Source: Lingula anatina (taxonomy: Eukaryota; Animalia; Brachiopoda). From it: a DNA stretch of 64,000 nt. The notes below the pieces were generated by a model, which saw only the letters and a program-made list of their open reading frames with translations, searched no databases and had not been told where the DNA came from. Made by a program: the position numbers and the translations under genes. Below are positions 35,612-47,404 of this stretch, in pieces. Location of the stretch: the NCBI GenBank assembly GCA_051362555.1, contig CM120640.1:20894001-20958000 (forward strand). The letters are read 5' to 3'. Positions within the stretch are counted from its first letter, which is position 1; each line of letters begins with the position of its first letter.

Positions 35612-37029
35612 GAACCAGCTTTTTTGTTGTCATAGCGAGCTGTTGCCCTTGTAGGAAATCCCCTGGGTTTGGAGAAGATATTTGTGGGTCTAGGGCGTGC
35701 TATTTTCTTCTGAACCTTGTTAGAGATTTTTAGGCCTTCTTCAATATCCTTCATATTTGCATCCAAATTGTCACCAAACAGCTCCTTGGTGACAGGATTC
35801 TGTGGGGAAGCCAAAGCTTTGTATTTCTCATTAATGTCTGGTTTGGCGAGTTCTCTGCGAAACATAGAAATGTCATGTACAACTGCAGCAAGGATGCTGA
35901 ATCCGTCTGTCATCTTTGCTAGCAATGTTTCAGGAGAAGGCACATCTCCTTCTCCTTCAAGGTGTTTAGAACAAACATCAGCTATCTCCAGGAAGGGTGT
36001 AAGTCCATGGAATATGTTGGTTTGCCAGTTTTGCATTATCTTGTCATTATATTTGGTTAAAGGTCTCAGTGTTCCCCACAGTCTCTGGTTACATTTGATC
36101 TGAGTCATGTAGGTACAGTTCTCAGGTGGGTGATAAAGTTTCACCATATCCTCCAGAACTTCCTTAGGCATACCCTTGTACAAAACAGTGTTCATGATTT
36201 TAGCAACATCATCATGAACTTTCGGGCCTCTAACTTCATCATTAGTCACTGCAGCCAAAATGTTTTTCAAACATTGTAAGCCCTGAGGCTGACTGACCTG
36301 AGTTTCTGAGGGTTTTTCCTTAGCAGGACTGTCACTGCTATCACTGTCAGCATTACTATCATCATTGGCAGGAGTAGAACGAAAGTAAGATTCCTCACAC
36401 AGGGATTCCTCATCATCTGACAAAATAAGCCTCTGTCTCTTCTCTGGGGGCTCACCATCCTGGTCGCTATTTATACTAGCATCGTACGCACGTTTAAGTT
36501 CCGATACGACAGGAGTAAGAGACGCTAGCATCTGTTGAATATTACACAATTGCTCCTTCATGTCGTTCATATCTTTTTGTACCTCACGAGAGCTCACTGA
36601 ATGGTCACTGAATGACTTGGAGTAGTTTCCATGCGAGCGTGAGCTCCGGCTACTTCTAGGACCATGGGCGCTGCCATCATGTGTAGCCGACTTGTTAGAT
36701 TTGTTGTTCGGGTCGTCACGTGACTCCGAATCTGCCTCGTGTACGGAGGTTTCCGAAGGAATCGCATCCTTGGAATTTAGGTTTTTTCCATGGGAGCCTG
36801 CACCGTCCGTGAAGCTGACGTCCTTTGTCAGCTTTGCTCTTTTGCTATAAGCAGAGCTCGGGGTTCTTAGTCTTTTACCCCTATTACCACTAGATTTGGT
36901 TGTGGTAGTCGATTTTTCTGAGCCAGCATCCTTTGCTGAAGCCCGCTCTGCGCCACTCTGGCTTGCCTCAGCCTGAGCAATAATAGCGCCAACTAAGTCG
37001 CTTTGCAGTCCGGTCTGAGCCGACGACAT
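35527..37029 (-). CDS. DIRS Gag-like ORF1 (500 aa)
   Basis: First ORF after the left ITR; S/D-rich N-half, then PENC...N..LW, RRE..KP and LFGD motifs. Confidence 0.88.
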   Translation of the reverse strand: MSSAQTGLQSDLVGAIIAQAEASQSGAERASAKDAGSEKSTTTTKSSGNRGKRLRTPSSAYSKRAKLTKDVSFTDGAGSHGKNLNSKDAIPSETSVHEADSESRDDPNNKSNKSATHDGSAHGPRSSRSSRSHGNYSKSFSDHSVSSREVQKDMNDMKEQLCNIQQMLASLTPVVSELKRAYDASINSDQDGEPPEKRQRLILSDDEESLCEESYFRSTPANDDSNADSDSSDSPAKEKPSETQVSQPQGLQCLKNILAAVTNDEVRGPKVHDDVAKIMNTVLYKGMPKEVLEDMVKLYHPPENCTYMTQIKCNQRLWGTLRPLTKYNDKIMQNWQTNIFHGLTPFLEIADVCSKHLEGEGDVPSPETLLAKMTDGFSILAAVVHDISMFRRELAKPDINEKYKALASPQNPVTKELFGDNLDANMKDIEEGLKISNKVQKKIARPRPTNIFSKPRGFPTRATARYDNKKAGSFLGGKNQRSQQNNRKNWTGKKFQKKEY

Positions 37030-37355
37030 GCTAAAAAACCAGCGTCAAATAGTACAAAAGATTGTCTGTCAAGCAATCTCTCACAAAAGAGTATGACCAG
37101 TCTTTAAAAAACCACGTAGATTATAAAAAATCGATGAATAATCGAGTGCACGTGTGAGCACGAAGACAAGCGAACGCAGAATTGAGTACCACGCAGGCGC
37201 ACGCATATCTCGTAGAATCCCGAATGATCAGATGAGAGTTAAATACAGATCCCAGAAACATCTAACCTACCACCTCTTTAAACGAAGCCTTTTTCAACAC
37301 ACCTACCTGTATAGGTTTTCAAATACATCAGATAATTCGTTCAAAATGAGCTTTA

Positions 37356-38512
37356 GGCCACACTTTTTTATTTTTATGGATGACATCCTCTGGGGACCCC
37401 AAAATCGGTGCGAGAGGGCGAAAAAAAAAAAACAGTCCAAAAAAAAAAAAATGCTGCTTAAGTGAAGGAATGCCGTCAGTACACAGCTGGAAACACAAAT
37501 TTACCACAGAAACACATATCAAACTAACAATATGTCTTTATCCATGCTCTCTAAATATTAAAGCATTGTGAATACTTCGTATAAAGGTTAAAAAGTCATG
37601 AATAGACGGGCCCGTAGCCAGGGGGTTCGAAAGAACCACCCCTTTTGCTGGGAAAAGGTCCACTCTAGGTAAAATTATATCTAGATACATTAAGCTTTTA
37701 TGGAAAATGGCCCACTTTTTCAAAAAAAGATCCCCCCCCCCTTTTGAAATTGCTTGCTACGGGCCTGATAGACATGCTGCATATTACCCAATCTATTTAG
37801 GGTTATTTCATGCATTTTGTTGGTATAACAATCAATAAAACAAATATCAATCAAACAGCATGTCTTTATTTGTACTCTCAGAATATTAAAGCATTATGAA
37901 CACTACACAGAAATGTTACAAAATGATGCAAACTTGAAAGATATGCTTCATACTACCAAATCTATAAAAGGTCATTTCAGTCGATGCCATTTGGTCTACT
38001 TCGACTCACACGAAGCAGCCAAACTGTCGGGTGGCCTGACCGACCTACAGCCCACCGAATACCTCGACGCCCTGTCGACCCTTTATTCGCTACAAAAAAC
38101 CTGGTATGTGCTGCTTTGGACAGAATGTCACTGAAATTTTCCGGGTGATAATTGTTGGCTGCCGCCAGCCTTTCACATAATTGTAAAAAAGTGGATATCT
38201 CCAAGCCCAATATCAATTGCATAACAATCCAAAACGACGGCCCCGTTCTCTTTATGACTTTATATAATTAATTGTCCTGTAATTTGAAAGTAATCCTAGA
38301 GATGAATTTGATGGCAAAGCGGCCATATTTCCACGTGACAGTAATACGCATGCGCAGAAAGCTCATTTTCCAGCAAATTCAATAACGACGTTTGCAACAG
38401 CCGACTTCGTTGGGGGGGGGGGGGGGGGAATTTTTTTTTTTTTTTTTTTGGAGAACGGACGAAAATCGGTGCGCGCGCAGGATGTCATCCATAAAATTAA
38501 AAAAGTGTGGCC
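37356..38512. mobile_element. PIF/Harbinger-type non-autonomous element
   Basis: ~33-bp TIR GGCCACACTTTTTTA.TTTTATGGATGACATCCT; TTA on both sides. Confidence 0.8.
37607..37767. mobile_element. CAGGCCCGTAGCC MITE
   Basis: TIRs cgggcccgtagc and gctacgggcctg; 5-bp TSD ATAGA. Confidence 0.88.
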
Positions 38513-39854
38513 TTACTATCCTCTCTGAAAGGTCTAAATTGTCTTGCGGATTTCGGCACTTTTGGGAATTAAAAAAATATGTATATATAATGTTTGTCCC
38601 ATCTATAAAAAGTAAGTGGCTGACAAAATTACGTTTTTAAGTCTTTCCATTGAGTGGGTATAAGAAACAAGTATCACTTAAGAGTTCTAGGGTCTCTACG
38701 GTCCTCATCAGTCGCTATTTAAGACAAATTATAGGCTGCATGATTTCTTGTAAAAGTTTCCTTGAGATTTCTTAGATGATCATACAGTGTTTTTACTGTG
38801 TCAACGTGATGGATGATTTTTTTTTTTTTTTTTTTTGGTTACTGGCGCTCTCGGGCTCTTTTATAGTCGTCTCTTTCAAAAAAATGTATACAGCTTGCCT
38901 TTTTTTCCTGCTACTCCCATCCGTCGACTTTTCGATCAGTTCATCCCCTTTTCGCGAGTTCTCGACCAACGATTCCGGCAAATGCCAGTAGCAGCGGAAA
39001 GAAATCTGAGACAACGGTAGGCCCCTACGTCTTCGCAATCTTCTTAGCCACTATATTATGCAAAATGTTCATCTTACTTCTTGGTGTAACTCGTTAAACT
39101 TGACCCACTGTAGCTAAAAAAATTTCTATAAGTCATCATATTTTTAGGATGACGAGTCTTATTGAATATTATATCATATATGTATATATATAATATTATT
39201 TTATCCAAGGATAAAGGCAACAATTTGCTACATTGTTATTATTGCTAAAATAATTAGGGTAGTGGGGTTATAAGATAAAAGCGGCCTTGTTTGACCAAAT
39301 CGATATTCTTTGTTGCCTTCTTTTTGTTATAAATAAGACTATGAAAGTTTGCGGTACACTGGGATGGAGGAGACATAAAAATAATTGCTTCTGAACAGTG
39401 TTAACTTGGGTCTATAGCCTGCTGTATGATGCGTTCTGTCTTAATTTTGGGGCATGTGGGATATTCAGGTGGTTCCGTATTTCGTCTTCTACAGTGGCTA
39501 AATCGTTGCTGGATAGCATTCTCCCTCTTTCTTATGGAATTAACCTGTGATTGTAGTTCTTTAATTGTTCATTGTGACTGCCTTCAGTTTCTTCTCAATC
39601 GTTTCCACGTTGTGGCCACCTCGCACACACAAGTCTCTCAGGTGGTGATTGCTGTGGACTTGCCTTGGCAACTTCTGTAGCAGCTAGGAGCTCTTCTTTC
39701 CTTTTGTGAAGTCTACGTTTTCGCGATTTAGTCTTCGCATGCCTCTTTTGTCTTTCACGACATTTATAAGGGGGCGTAAGGAAGGCCTACATAGCATTTT
39801 GAACCCGTTTTCTTTCGCTTCCAAATAAGCGTCACCCTCATTTTTTTTTACGAG

Positions 39855-39857
<3 letters not shown>

Positions 39858-39922
<65 letters not shown>
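39858..39922. repeat. (TA)n microsatellite
   Basis: Directly visible. Confidence 0.95.
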
Positions 39923-39925
<3 letters not shown>

Positions 39926-42900
39926 AATCTCAGCTCTTGTTTTCGCATTTTTCTGAAATAATGATGTTCCGTTCGGTATCAATGTATTTGGCACTGCGCT
40001 CAGGCCACCTAATTTTTACTTCCATAGTCTTGTTTGACATTTATTTCCATCTTTGACATTCATTTCTGTATTTGAATTAATTTTTTTATTACGACAAAAT
40101 CATTCACTTCGCTTACATCGTTACTGAGGATTTTATGGATTTATTTACACTTGTAACTAACCTCATCTAATCTTTAGCTCGAGCAGACGTCAGAAAGAAC
40201 CACCTGACATCTCAAACAGAAGCTAATTTTTCTTTCGGAGCCACTTTCGGGCACAAGTAGATTTTCACTGGTAACGTATGTTCCGGTAACGTATGTTCCA
40301 GGCCACTTAATTTTTATTTTCATTACGTGTTCTTATATATTTTGAAGTGATTCGATCATGTTAAATTAAATATGACGTAAGGACGTTTTTTTATAAACAT
40401 TCAAACCGTAACTAATAGGGCCTGCGTCATAGCTAATACTAGGTAACGTATGTTCCCTAGGAAAATTGACAAAATGTTTCATTTTGTACAAGTACTTGGT
40501 GCAAGAGAAAACAATGTTTTCTTTTGCTGACAGAAAAATATATCGTGATTCCATGATAGTTTGACATTTCAGATATAATATTTGGAGCACGAGGGGAGAA
40601 ATAATTTATTCAATGCTTATTTTACTGTCGGTAGGGTGTATTTTCCTCGTTTTTTTAATATTCAGTGACAGGCAAACTTAAGTCGCTAAAAAACAATTAA
40701 CTGCTCTATACAGAAGCTTTTCGTAATTTTTTACAACGTTACACTTGTAGGAGATAAATTAAAGAACAAAACCCGTGATGATTGAATTTTCAATGTGATT
40801 AAAACGCTTCAACAGCTGGACGTTATGCATTTGTGACAGTAACGTATGTTCCTTTTTGGGGTTAGATGATGAATTATTTTTTATTATTCGTGGTTCCAGG
40901 AAAGTGAAACTTTAATACAAACTTCTTTATGTGGGACCCTTAAATAATCAAACATAGTTTGTAATCTGTGCACTACATATTTTTAGGAACATGCCTGTGA
41001 CATCGTTTGCACCTCTATATTGGGTTTGGGTGCAACTACGTTTTGGACGCACGGTTTTTTAGGTTCCTTGCGTCCGACCAGGACGTAGCTAGATCGCACG
41101 TAGCGGCTGTTGATCATGTCGAAAAGTTAAGCCTAGGTCCCAACTACATTTTGGACGCACGGTTTTTTGGTTCCTTGCGTCCGGCTAGGACGTTGCTAGA
41201 TCGCACGTAGCGGCTGTTGATCATGTCGAAAAGTTTCTACGTGCTGTTTGCGTCCTCCAAAAGTCGCACGATGGGCGTGCTCCTCACGCACGAACTCCTT
41301 CCCGATTCCTTCCCTGCGATCTAGCTACGTCCTAGCCGGACGCAAGGAACCTAAAAACCGTGCGTCCAAAACGTAGTTGGGACCTAGGCTTTACGCAATC
41401 TCCATTTTGCAGACAGCCCGTAAGCACGCACGGAGGTTGTTGGACACGTCCAAAAGATTCTACGAATAGCCTGCAAGGAGAGGCCGCAAGAGTAACTTAC
41501 TCCCCTCGCACGGAGTTAGCAAGAGAGACGAGCGCTGTGCAAGACGCACGTCGCAAGCAATGAAAGGAGATCGAATAGACTCATAAAAATCTATTTCTCG
41601 AATTCTGAAGATTCAGCACTCAATCTATACATTAGAGGTATGTTTTAATCGATCCCCGCCATTTAAAAATTATAAAAAACAATTAATTAGTAGAAAAAAG
41701 CGTTTTAGTAAACCTCACCTCAATATGCATAAATGAAGCAACAGATCTGGGTCACGTGGTACTGTGACGACAATCACGATAAAGGTCTATGAGACTCAAC
41801 TGAGCTGCATGGTGCATACAGACGGAGAAGTTAAGGATAGTTGTGTTGAACGGAGTTGAGGAATTTTCGTTATGCCTCGGTGTGTTGCCGTGGGATTCAC
41901 CAAAATTGCAGCTCTCGTTGACAATCTTTCTTTGTCTGTGACGGTCTTCCGTGACTTACTTACTAACTTCGGTGACAATAGTTGCGATGCTCTAGATCAT
42001 GGTCACCTCAGGTGGTTTAGATCATATAAGAGCTGGTAGTCTTTCAGATTAACTGTCATCAGTTGGCAAACTTACTGATTGCTGATGCATTTAAAATGCA
42101 TTGTAGTTGACCAAAAGCTCGTTTACAACAAACCTGTTAATTATGCACCGCTGCACTTCCCAACCCGGGTAATAACAGGTATCAAAATCGTCTTGGTGGG
42201 CTTTTATATTTTTCAAAATATCTCATTTATTTCATGGGGTGATTTTATTGGTATTTGTAAATGACGTTTAATATCAATATTTAAACAATTGAGTTCAAAC
42301 ACCGTCGCGAACATTAATAAAAGTAATTGCTTTCAGGGTAACTTGAAGCATGCGTATGCCCAGGCATTACTTCCGTGGAAGAAAACGTGTTGAAGAACAA
42401 ACAGAAAAAAAGAGCGGTATATTAAAGAAAAAAATAGGAACTTATGTACTAAAATGGTTCGTAATCCTAATTCGTTTATGCTTTGAGGATTTGTTTCTGA
42501 AGGTTATTTCATCTGAAGTATAAAATAATTTAAAAGATTTATCATTTTATACCTTGAAATACAAGTTCTGCGTCTGTACACAAAACTTTTTGCAAATTTG
42601 TATGCTTTGTCAAACCCAAAAACATGTAGCAGATCAAGGTAAAAGAGCATTGTTTGCTATAAGTAGCATGGGAAAAATCATTACTTGAATGTTTACTAAA
42701 TGTGCAGTTTTACATACGTGAGTATAAAAAATTAAAAAATTCCAAGCACGCACAGCAAAATGTAGACTAACGCAAAACATCAAGAACAGCGTAATCTCAG
42801 CAAATGTGCCCCATATAGTAGCTTAATTTCCATTAATAATAAAATCATCATTTAAGTCAAAAATTTTCTGTCGATTTAATAAATGTTCTAATTTATCCAG

Positions 42901-43570
42901 AACGGTATATTTATTTAAGAGGAGGCTAACTGAAATATAGTTTTATTATTTGTTTATTTTGTATTTGAAAATTGCCCATGTCACCCTGTTAAGTAGAAGG
43001 TCTAAGCTGGATCAAGTTCGTGCTAAAATTCCTATGAAGCTGTGCAGGAAAAATTCTTCCTTTGTTTCAATAAACCCGGTGTTCAGATTTTATCTAGTAC
43101 CCCCAGGTCTGTGGGAGCTGCTCTTTGAAACTAAAGCACAGGTAGATTTTTACCTGAGATAAATATCGCCAGCCATTTAACCCTCTAATTAAGAGGTAAA
43201 GGAAGTTCCAGTTAGATGGATGATTAAGATAGGACTTGTAAAGGTAACGGGCATTGTTTACCTCAGTTTAAGAAAAGTATCCAAGACGGAGTGTCAGCGG
43301 TTTAATAAGATTAATTGAATTTCACAAATAACATGGCCCTCATATGCAATAATCCACAGTACCCTTTACTCATTCAAATGCAGTGTTTTATACAACTTGG
43401 GATAACCATAATTTAATGCTCGTTAAAGAATTGACTAGACGGGAATGGTTTTACACAGCTTCATGAGGATTTAGATCCCTCGGGTAAGAGATTTGAATGA
43501 GTATTAACTTTTATCAGAAGCCAGAGAAGTCATCTTACAGGTAGACAATGCAGCTCAGTTTGACAGCTAA

Positions 43571-43792
43571 TACCCCCTTTACACTGGACGGCGTCCTTTC
43601 TGCGTCCTTTCTGCGACCATGAAATTTGGCATCGCTGTGGTCTTAATAAGGAGGCACAAGCATCGATTTTGTATCAGAATGAATGCTCAATGATCGGCCA
43701 GTTGTCGGCCGTAAAGTATTATAATTTTTTAACTCTCAAATGGGGCCGAACTGCTGGACGCAGAAAGGACGCCGTCCAGTGTAAAGGGGGCT
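43571..43792. mobile_element. PIF/Harbinger-type MITE
   Basis: TIR CCCCCTTTACACTGGACGGCGTCCTTTCTGCGTCC; TAA TSD. Confidence 0.88.
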
Positions 43793-46175
43793 TAAGCACG
43801 CTCTGTTCTCCAGTGGCTCGATTGTCGTCATCGGACCACGTGACCACGTAGCTCATTAACTCCCAGGCCGAGCAAATAGGACGTTTTTTAAAGCCAAAAA
43901 TTTACAAAATGAGCTTTTAATTTGTGTATTTGGATAAAGATATCGTTAGTTGGGCATGTTTTCTGAAGAATATGTGCCGTTCAGGCCATTCTGACGGCAA
44001 GACGCAAATCCTTGAAGGAGCAAGTGCCCTTAATTTTGCGTGTTGAGTAAGGCGCACACCCTCACAACTAACGAACAAAGTCGAGAGCACACCGGGAATG
44101 CGTCACGTGCGTCACCCCTGGTGTATAAAAGGCGTGCTCACGACGCACGCTCGTGTCTTCACAATGAACGACGACCATGGAACGTGTACTGCAATTTTCA
44201 AAATTTACAAATTTTTTGCTCAATTAAGTTTCTAATATGCCTCCAAAAGGCAAGAAAAAGAAGCTTACATAGTAGAAAAAAGGGGGGAGGAAGAAGAAAG
44301 AAGAGGAGAACAGGAAGCAAAACGTCAGTACGTCACCACAAACGTGTGAGGCAAGTGTGAAGCAAAACTGACGCAAAAGGGCACTACTTTCGCCGTGTAG
44401 TGCGTTGCATTCCCTTCGTGAGTGGTGAGTGTGTGCCACGTACACAGGAAGCAAGACAAACTCAACAAATGAGTACAATTTCCACGGCCATTGCTCCTTG
44501 CAATTAGCGTCCCTGCTTGAAAGGACATCTTATGTGGCCCTTGCGACACGCAAGGCAGACTTTCCTCTACCTCTACGACCTCCACGGCCTCCGCAACACC
44601 CAAAAATCGCAGGGGACGTACGATCTGAAATTCGTGCGTCCAGTTGTGACCGAGGCTTTAAAGAAAGGTCCCACGAAAGGCGTGCGACAACTACATCAGA
44701 TACTGAAAAGACTCGAGCTCCGCACGCTCACTTTTCAGTCGAAAACACGGAGAAATGGCCCGGCACCCAAACGAAATGTAAACATACTCGCCGTAGCCAG
44801 AATAACGATTTTTCTTAAAGTGCGTGGACAGACACGTTGTGTCTGGACATACTAGTAGAACCATCTGCTTCTGTCGTCGTCGTGAGGGTTGCCGTCCCTT
44901 GTGTCACGCACTTCCCTTGTAGGCCTAAACATCATAAAAGAGAAAACATTTTACATATCATCCTCATACTTACAGGAATGATTTATGGGATTGGGTACAG
45001 ATTGAACTCGGAAATCGGCCTAATTGAATATCTTTCTTGAAGCTATGCAGTTTTTTTTTGTGATTTTTTCATTTTTCTTACATTATCGTCTTTGAAGTAG
45101 CCTTGCTTGTAGCCATTCCAAAAAAAAAAAAAAATTGCTTTAATGGTCATAATACATGCAGTTTTTACAGGAACGTGAAATGTGAGAATCTTATATGTAT
45201 ATAGAAGCTATCCAAATAACTCTCAGAGATTTTTACAAGATTTTTAATTTTAGAACAAAAAGTCACACCACATAATTAATGATAGGCCTATTGGTCACCT
45301 GGAACTCACATCTCTAAATGTCAGGTTGACCTCAAATATTCTCATTATGGGCAATAACATTCATTGTAACATATATCAACACATGTGGCATGGGAAATCT
45401 TTTTCATTTTTATTTTATATGCAGAATTTATTGGCCATAGTCTCATGAATTATTTTAATGAAGGACACTGTTAAAGCTAACACATACAGAGAGTATTAAA
45501 CCTTTTTTTATAGCAACAAAAACTGAATTACCCTAAAAATTCAACACTTAACCCTTAATCACTAATGCTTAACTCTACATGTAAGTTTCTAGTTTTTGAA
45601 CCACCCATAATAAAGACAGGTGTATTTCAATGGTGAACTGACTTCTAAATATGGCTTACCATGAGAGAGAAAGAGAGAGAGCAATTAGGGACAAATATTC
45701 AAAGAGCCGTAAAAATGGAAAATATTAGCCAAAAACTTTCAATTACATCATCAGTCCAATATTTAGTGATGACAGTTTTATCAGAAATTGAGTTTATGTA
45801 TATAAGATAAAGTATTATGTGCTTATTATATAATAATCAATATATATGATCAGTTAAAATTGAATTTGTGTATATAAGATATGGTATTATACACGTATGC
45901 TTACAATATAATAATCAATAGTCAGTTAATTTTGGACTCAAATGCAAACCACTATCTTATTTGATATGAAACCAAGCTTTGAATTTTTTTACTGATTAAA
46001 AAACCCTGCCAATCAGTGTCAGAATGAAGCATCACATATTCATCAGAAAAATGTGTTGAAATTTTTTGTTTTTTTGCAGGAAACGAATATAATATTCCAC
46101 TTGCATCAAATCAGCACTAAAAGAAATTGACATAGAAGCCAAGAGCTCTCATTAATTTGTCCAAACATCCACCAT

Positions 46176-47404
46176 TTAATTGAATATAATCAAATGTTGA
46201 GGATAAGCCTGAGTATCAGAGAATACAACAAACATGGTGGGTGTATTGCCATTGTCCACCACACTGTCAAAAAGGATCATTTTGTCATTGGGGTCTTTCT
46301 GTGGTGGCACAATAAGACCATGTCTTCCCATGGTGTACTCTCCTGTCAAAACTAGGCATTGGTACATATACTTGCTCCCCGTACTGTCTGGTTTGGAATA
46401 GGTGTTACTGGCAGAGTAGGCAGAATTGACAGCAAAATACACACCGTTACCATAAGCAGTGGCTGTAACATCACAAACATAAACATGAAATGAAATGCAT
46501 TATATTTTAATCAGATCTGTAGTTATATTTAGTTCTCCTTATTAAATTCAGCAGTGCAAATGATACATATATCCTGCAACAGAGAAGTCAAATGATGTAA
46601 TAAAAAGAAAAAAATTTGAAATATTTGAAAAGAAAGAAAATAAGATTCCATTTCTTTGTAGCAAACTGCAAAATTAATGTCACAGGAGATTTTTCAATGG
46701 ACCATTGGCCATCTTCATAAATTTTTCAGTTTGTGGCAAAAGAGCATTATTACTACCATCATTCACCAAACAAATTAATATTCCATTGTGAATAGATAAA
46801 TAATTTCAGAAGGACTCACCATTCTTGCCACAGTAGCTTCTATTGAAGCCATATCTGTTTATACTGTCTAATGTGTCTGAACTGGTCCCATGCCACAACA
46901 TACGCTCGTTAACTGTCCCAGGTGGGTTAACCTTCTCCATGTGTTTCTTACGTACTATGTACTGTTGAAATAAATTGGGGTTCTGGATACGCTGAATCTG
47001 AAATTACACACAGATTGAGGCTTAACTCTTTGTAACATTTAAAATAAAGTCCGTTTTTCAAACCCTTTAAAATAATTTAACATTTTCAAGATGCTTACAT
47101 AACCTTTCACCATTAAAACATAGATACAGATGTAACTTTGATTTAACAGAATATATTTAACAAGGTAAGAAATACTAGTATACAGAATTAGGCCATTCAG
47201 TTAAACAATTCTTTGGAAAAGCAGACAAAATGTTTATTTGCACCTTTACAATCTGGTTTATCTTAGCCATGCCAACCGTTTTGCGAAATTCTGTCTCAGT
47301 TTCTTGATATTCCCGTTGACTTGGTTGTAAATCTACAATCTCACACAGTTTGTTTGGACCATAGGTCACATGTTGCCAATGTGATGGAAGTTCAAAACTA
47401 TCAA
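46176..47404 (-). CDS. PARP14: PARP14-like: ART catalytic domain exons
   Basis: LPSHW, [42 protein letters not shown] and MFVVF..QAYP; H-Y-hydrophobic triad. Confidence 0.92.

Larger units (their letters stand above)
32281..37243 (-). mobile_element. Full-length DIRS1-type tyrosine-recombinase retrotransposon
   Basis: Non-identical ITRs (32281 to ~32396 and ~37181-37243), internal complementary region ~32463-32583 matching both ends joined at TTT, no TSD beyond the shared AAA/TTT, three uninterrupted ORFs. Confidence 0.96.
31514..41032. mobile_element. Large TIR DNA transposon (CAC termini, 5-bp TSD CAACT) with nested insertions and decayed coding remnants
   Basis: Perfect 25-bp TIRs CACCCAAACCCAATATAGAGGTGCA; CAACT on both sides; ends homologous to 28996-29916; stop-riddled basic coding-like sequence on - at ~38840-39840. 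Superfamily not assigned. Confidence 0.85.
31498..41390. mobile_element. PIF/Harbinger-type MITE (intact unit 41130-41390) whose duplicated left TIR is split by a 9.5-kb insertion
   Basis: TIR AGCCTAGGTCCCAACTACGTTTTGGACGCACGG with TTA TSDs; 31498-31513 plus 41033 onward rebuilds the TIR. Confidence 0.75.

Noticed and set aside
31514-41032. RAG-like (ProtoRAG) transposon
   Set aside because: CAC ends and a 5-bp TSD fit, but there is no heptamer/nonamer-like TIR and no recognisable RAG1 or RAG2 coding sequence.
41560-43560. Non-repetitive stretch with short ORFs (similar at 11400-12900)
   Set aside because: No recognisable protein motif, splice chain or termini; cannot be supported as a feature.
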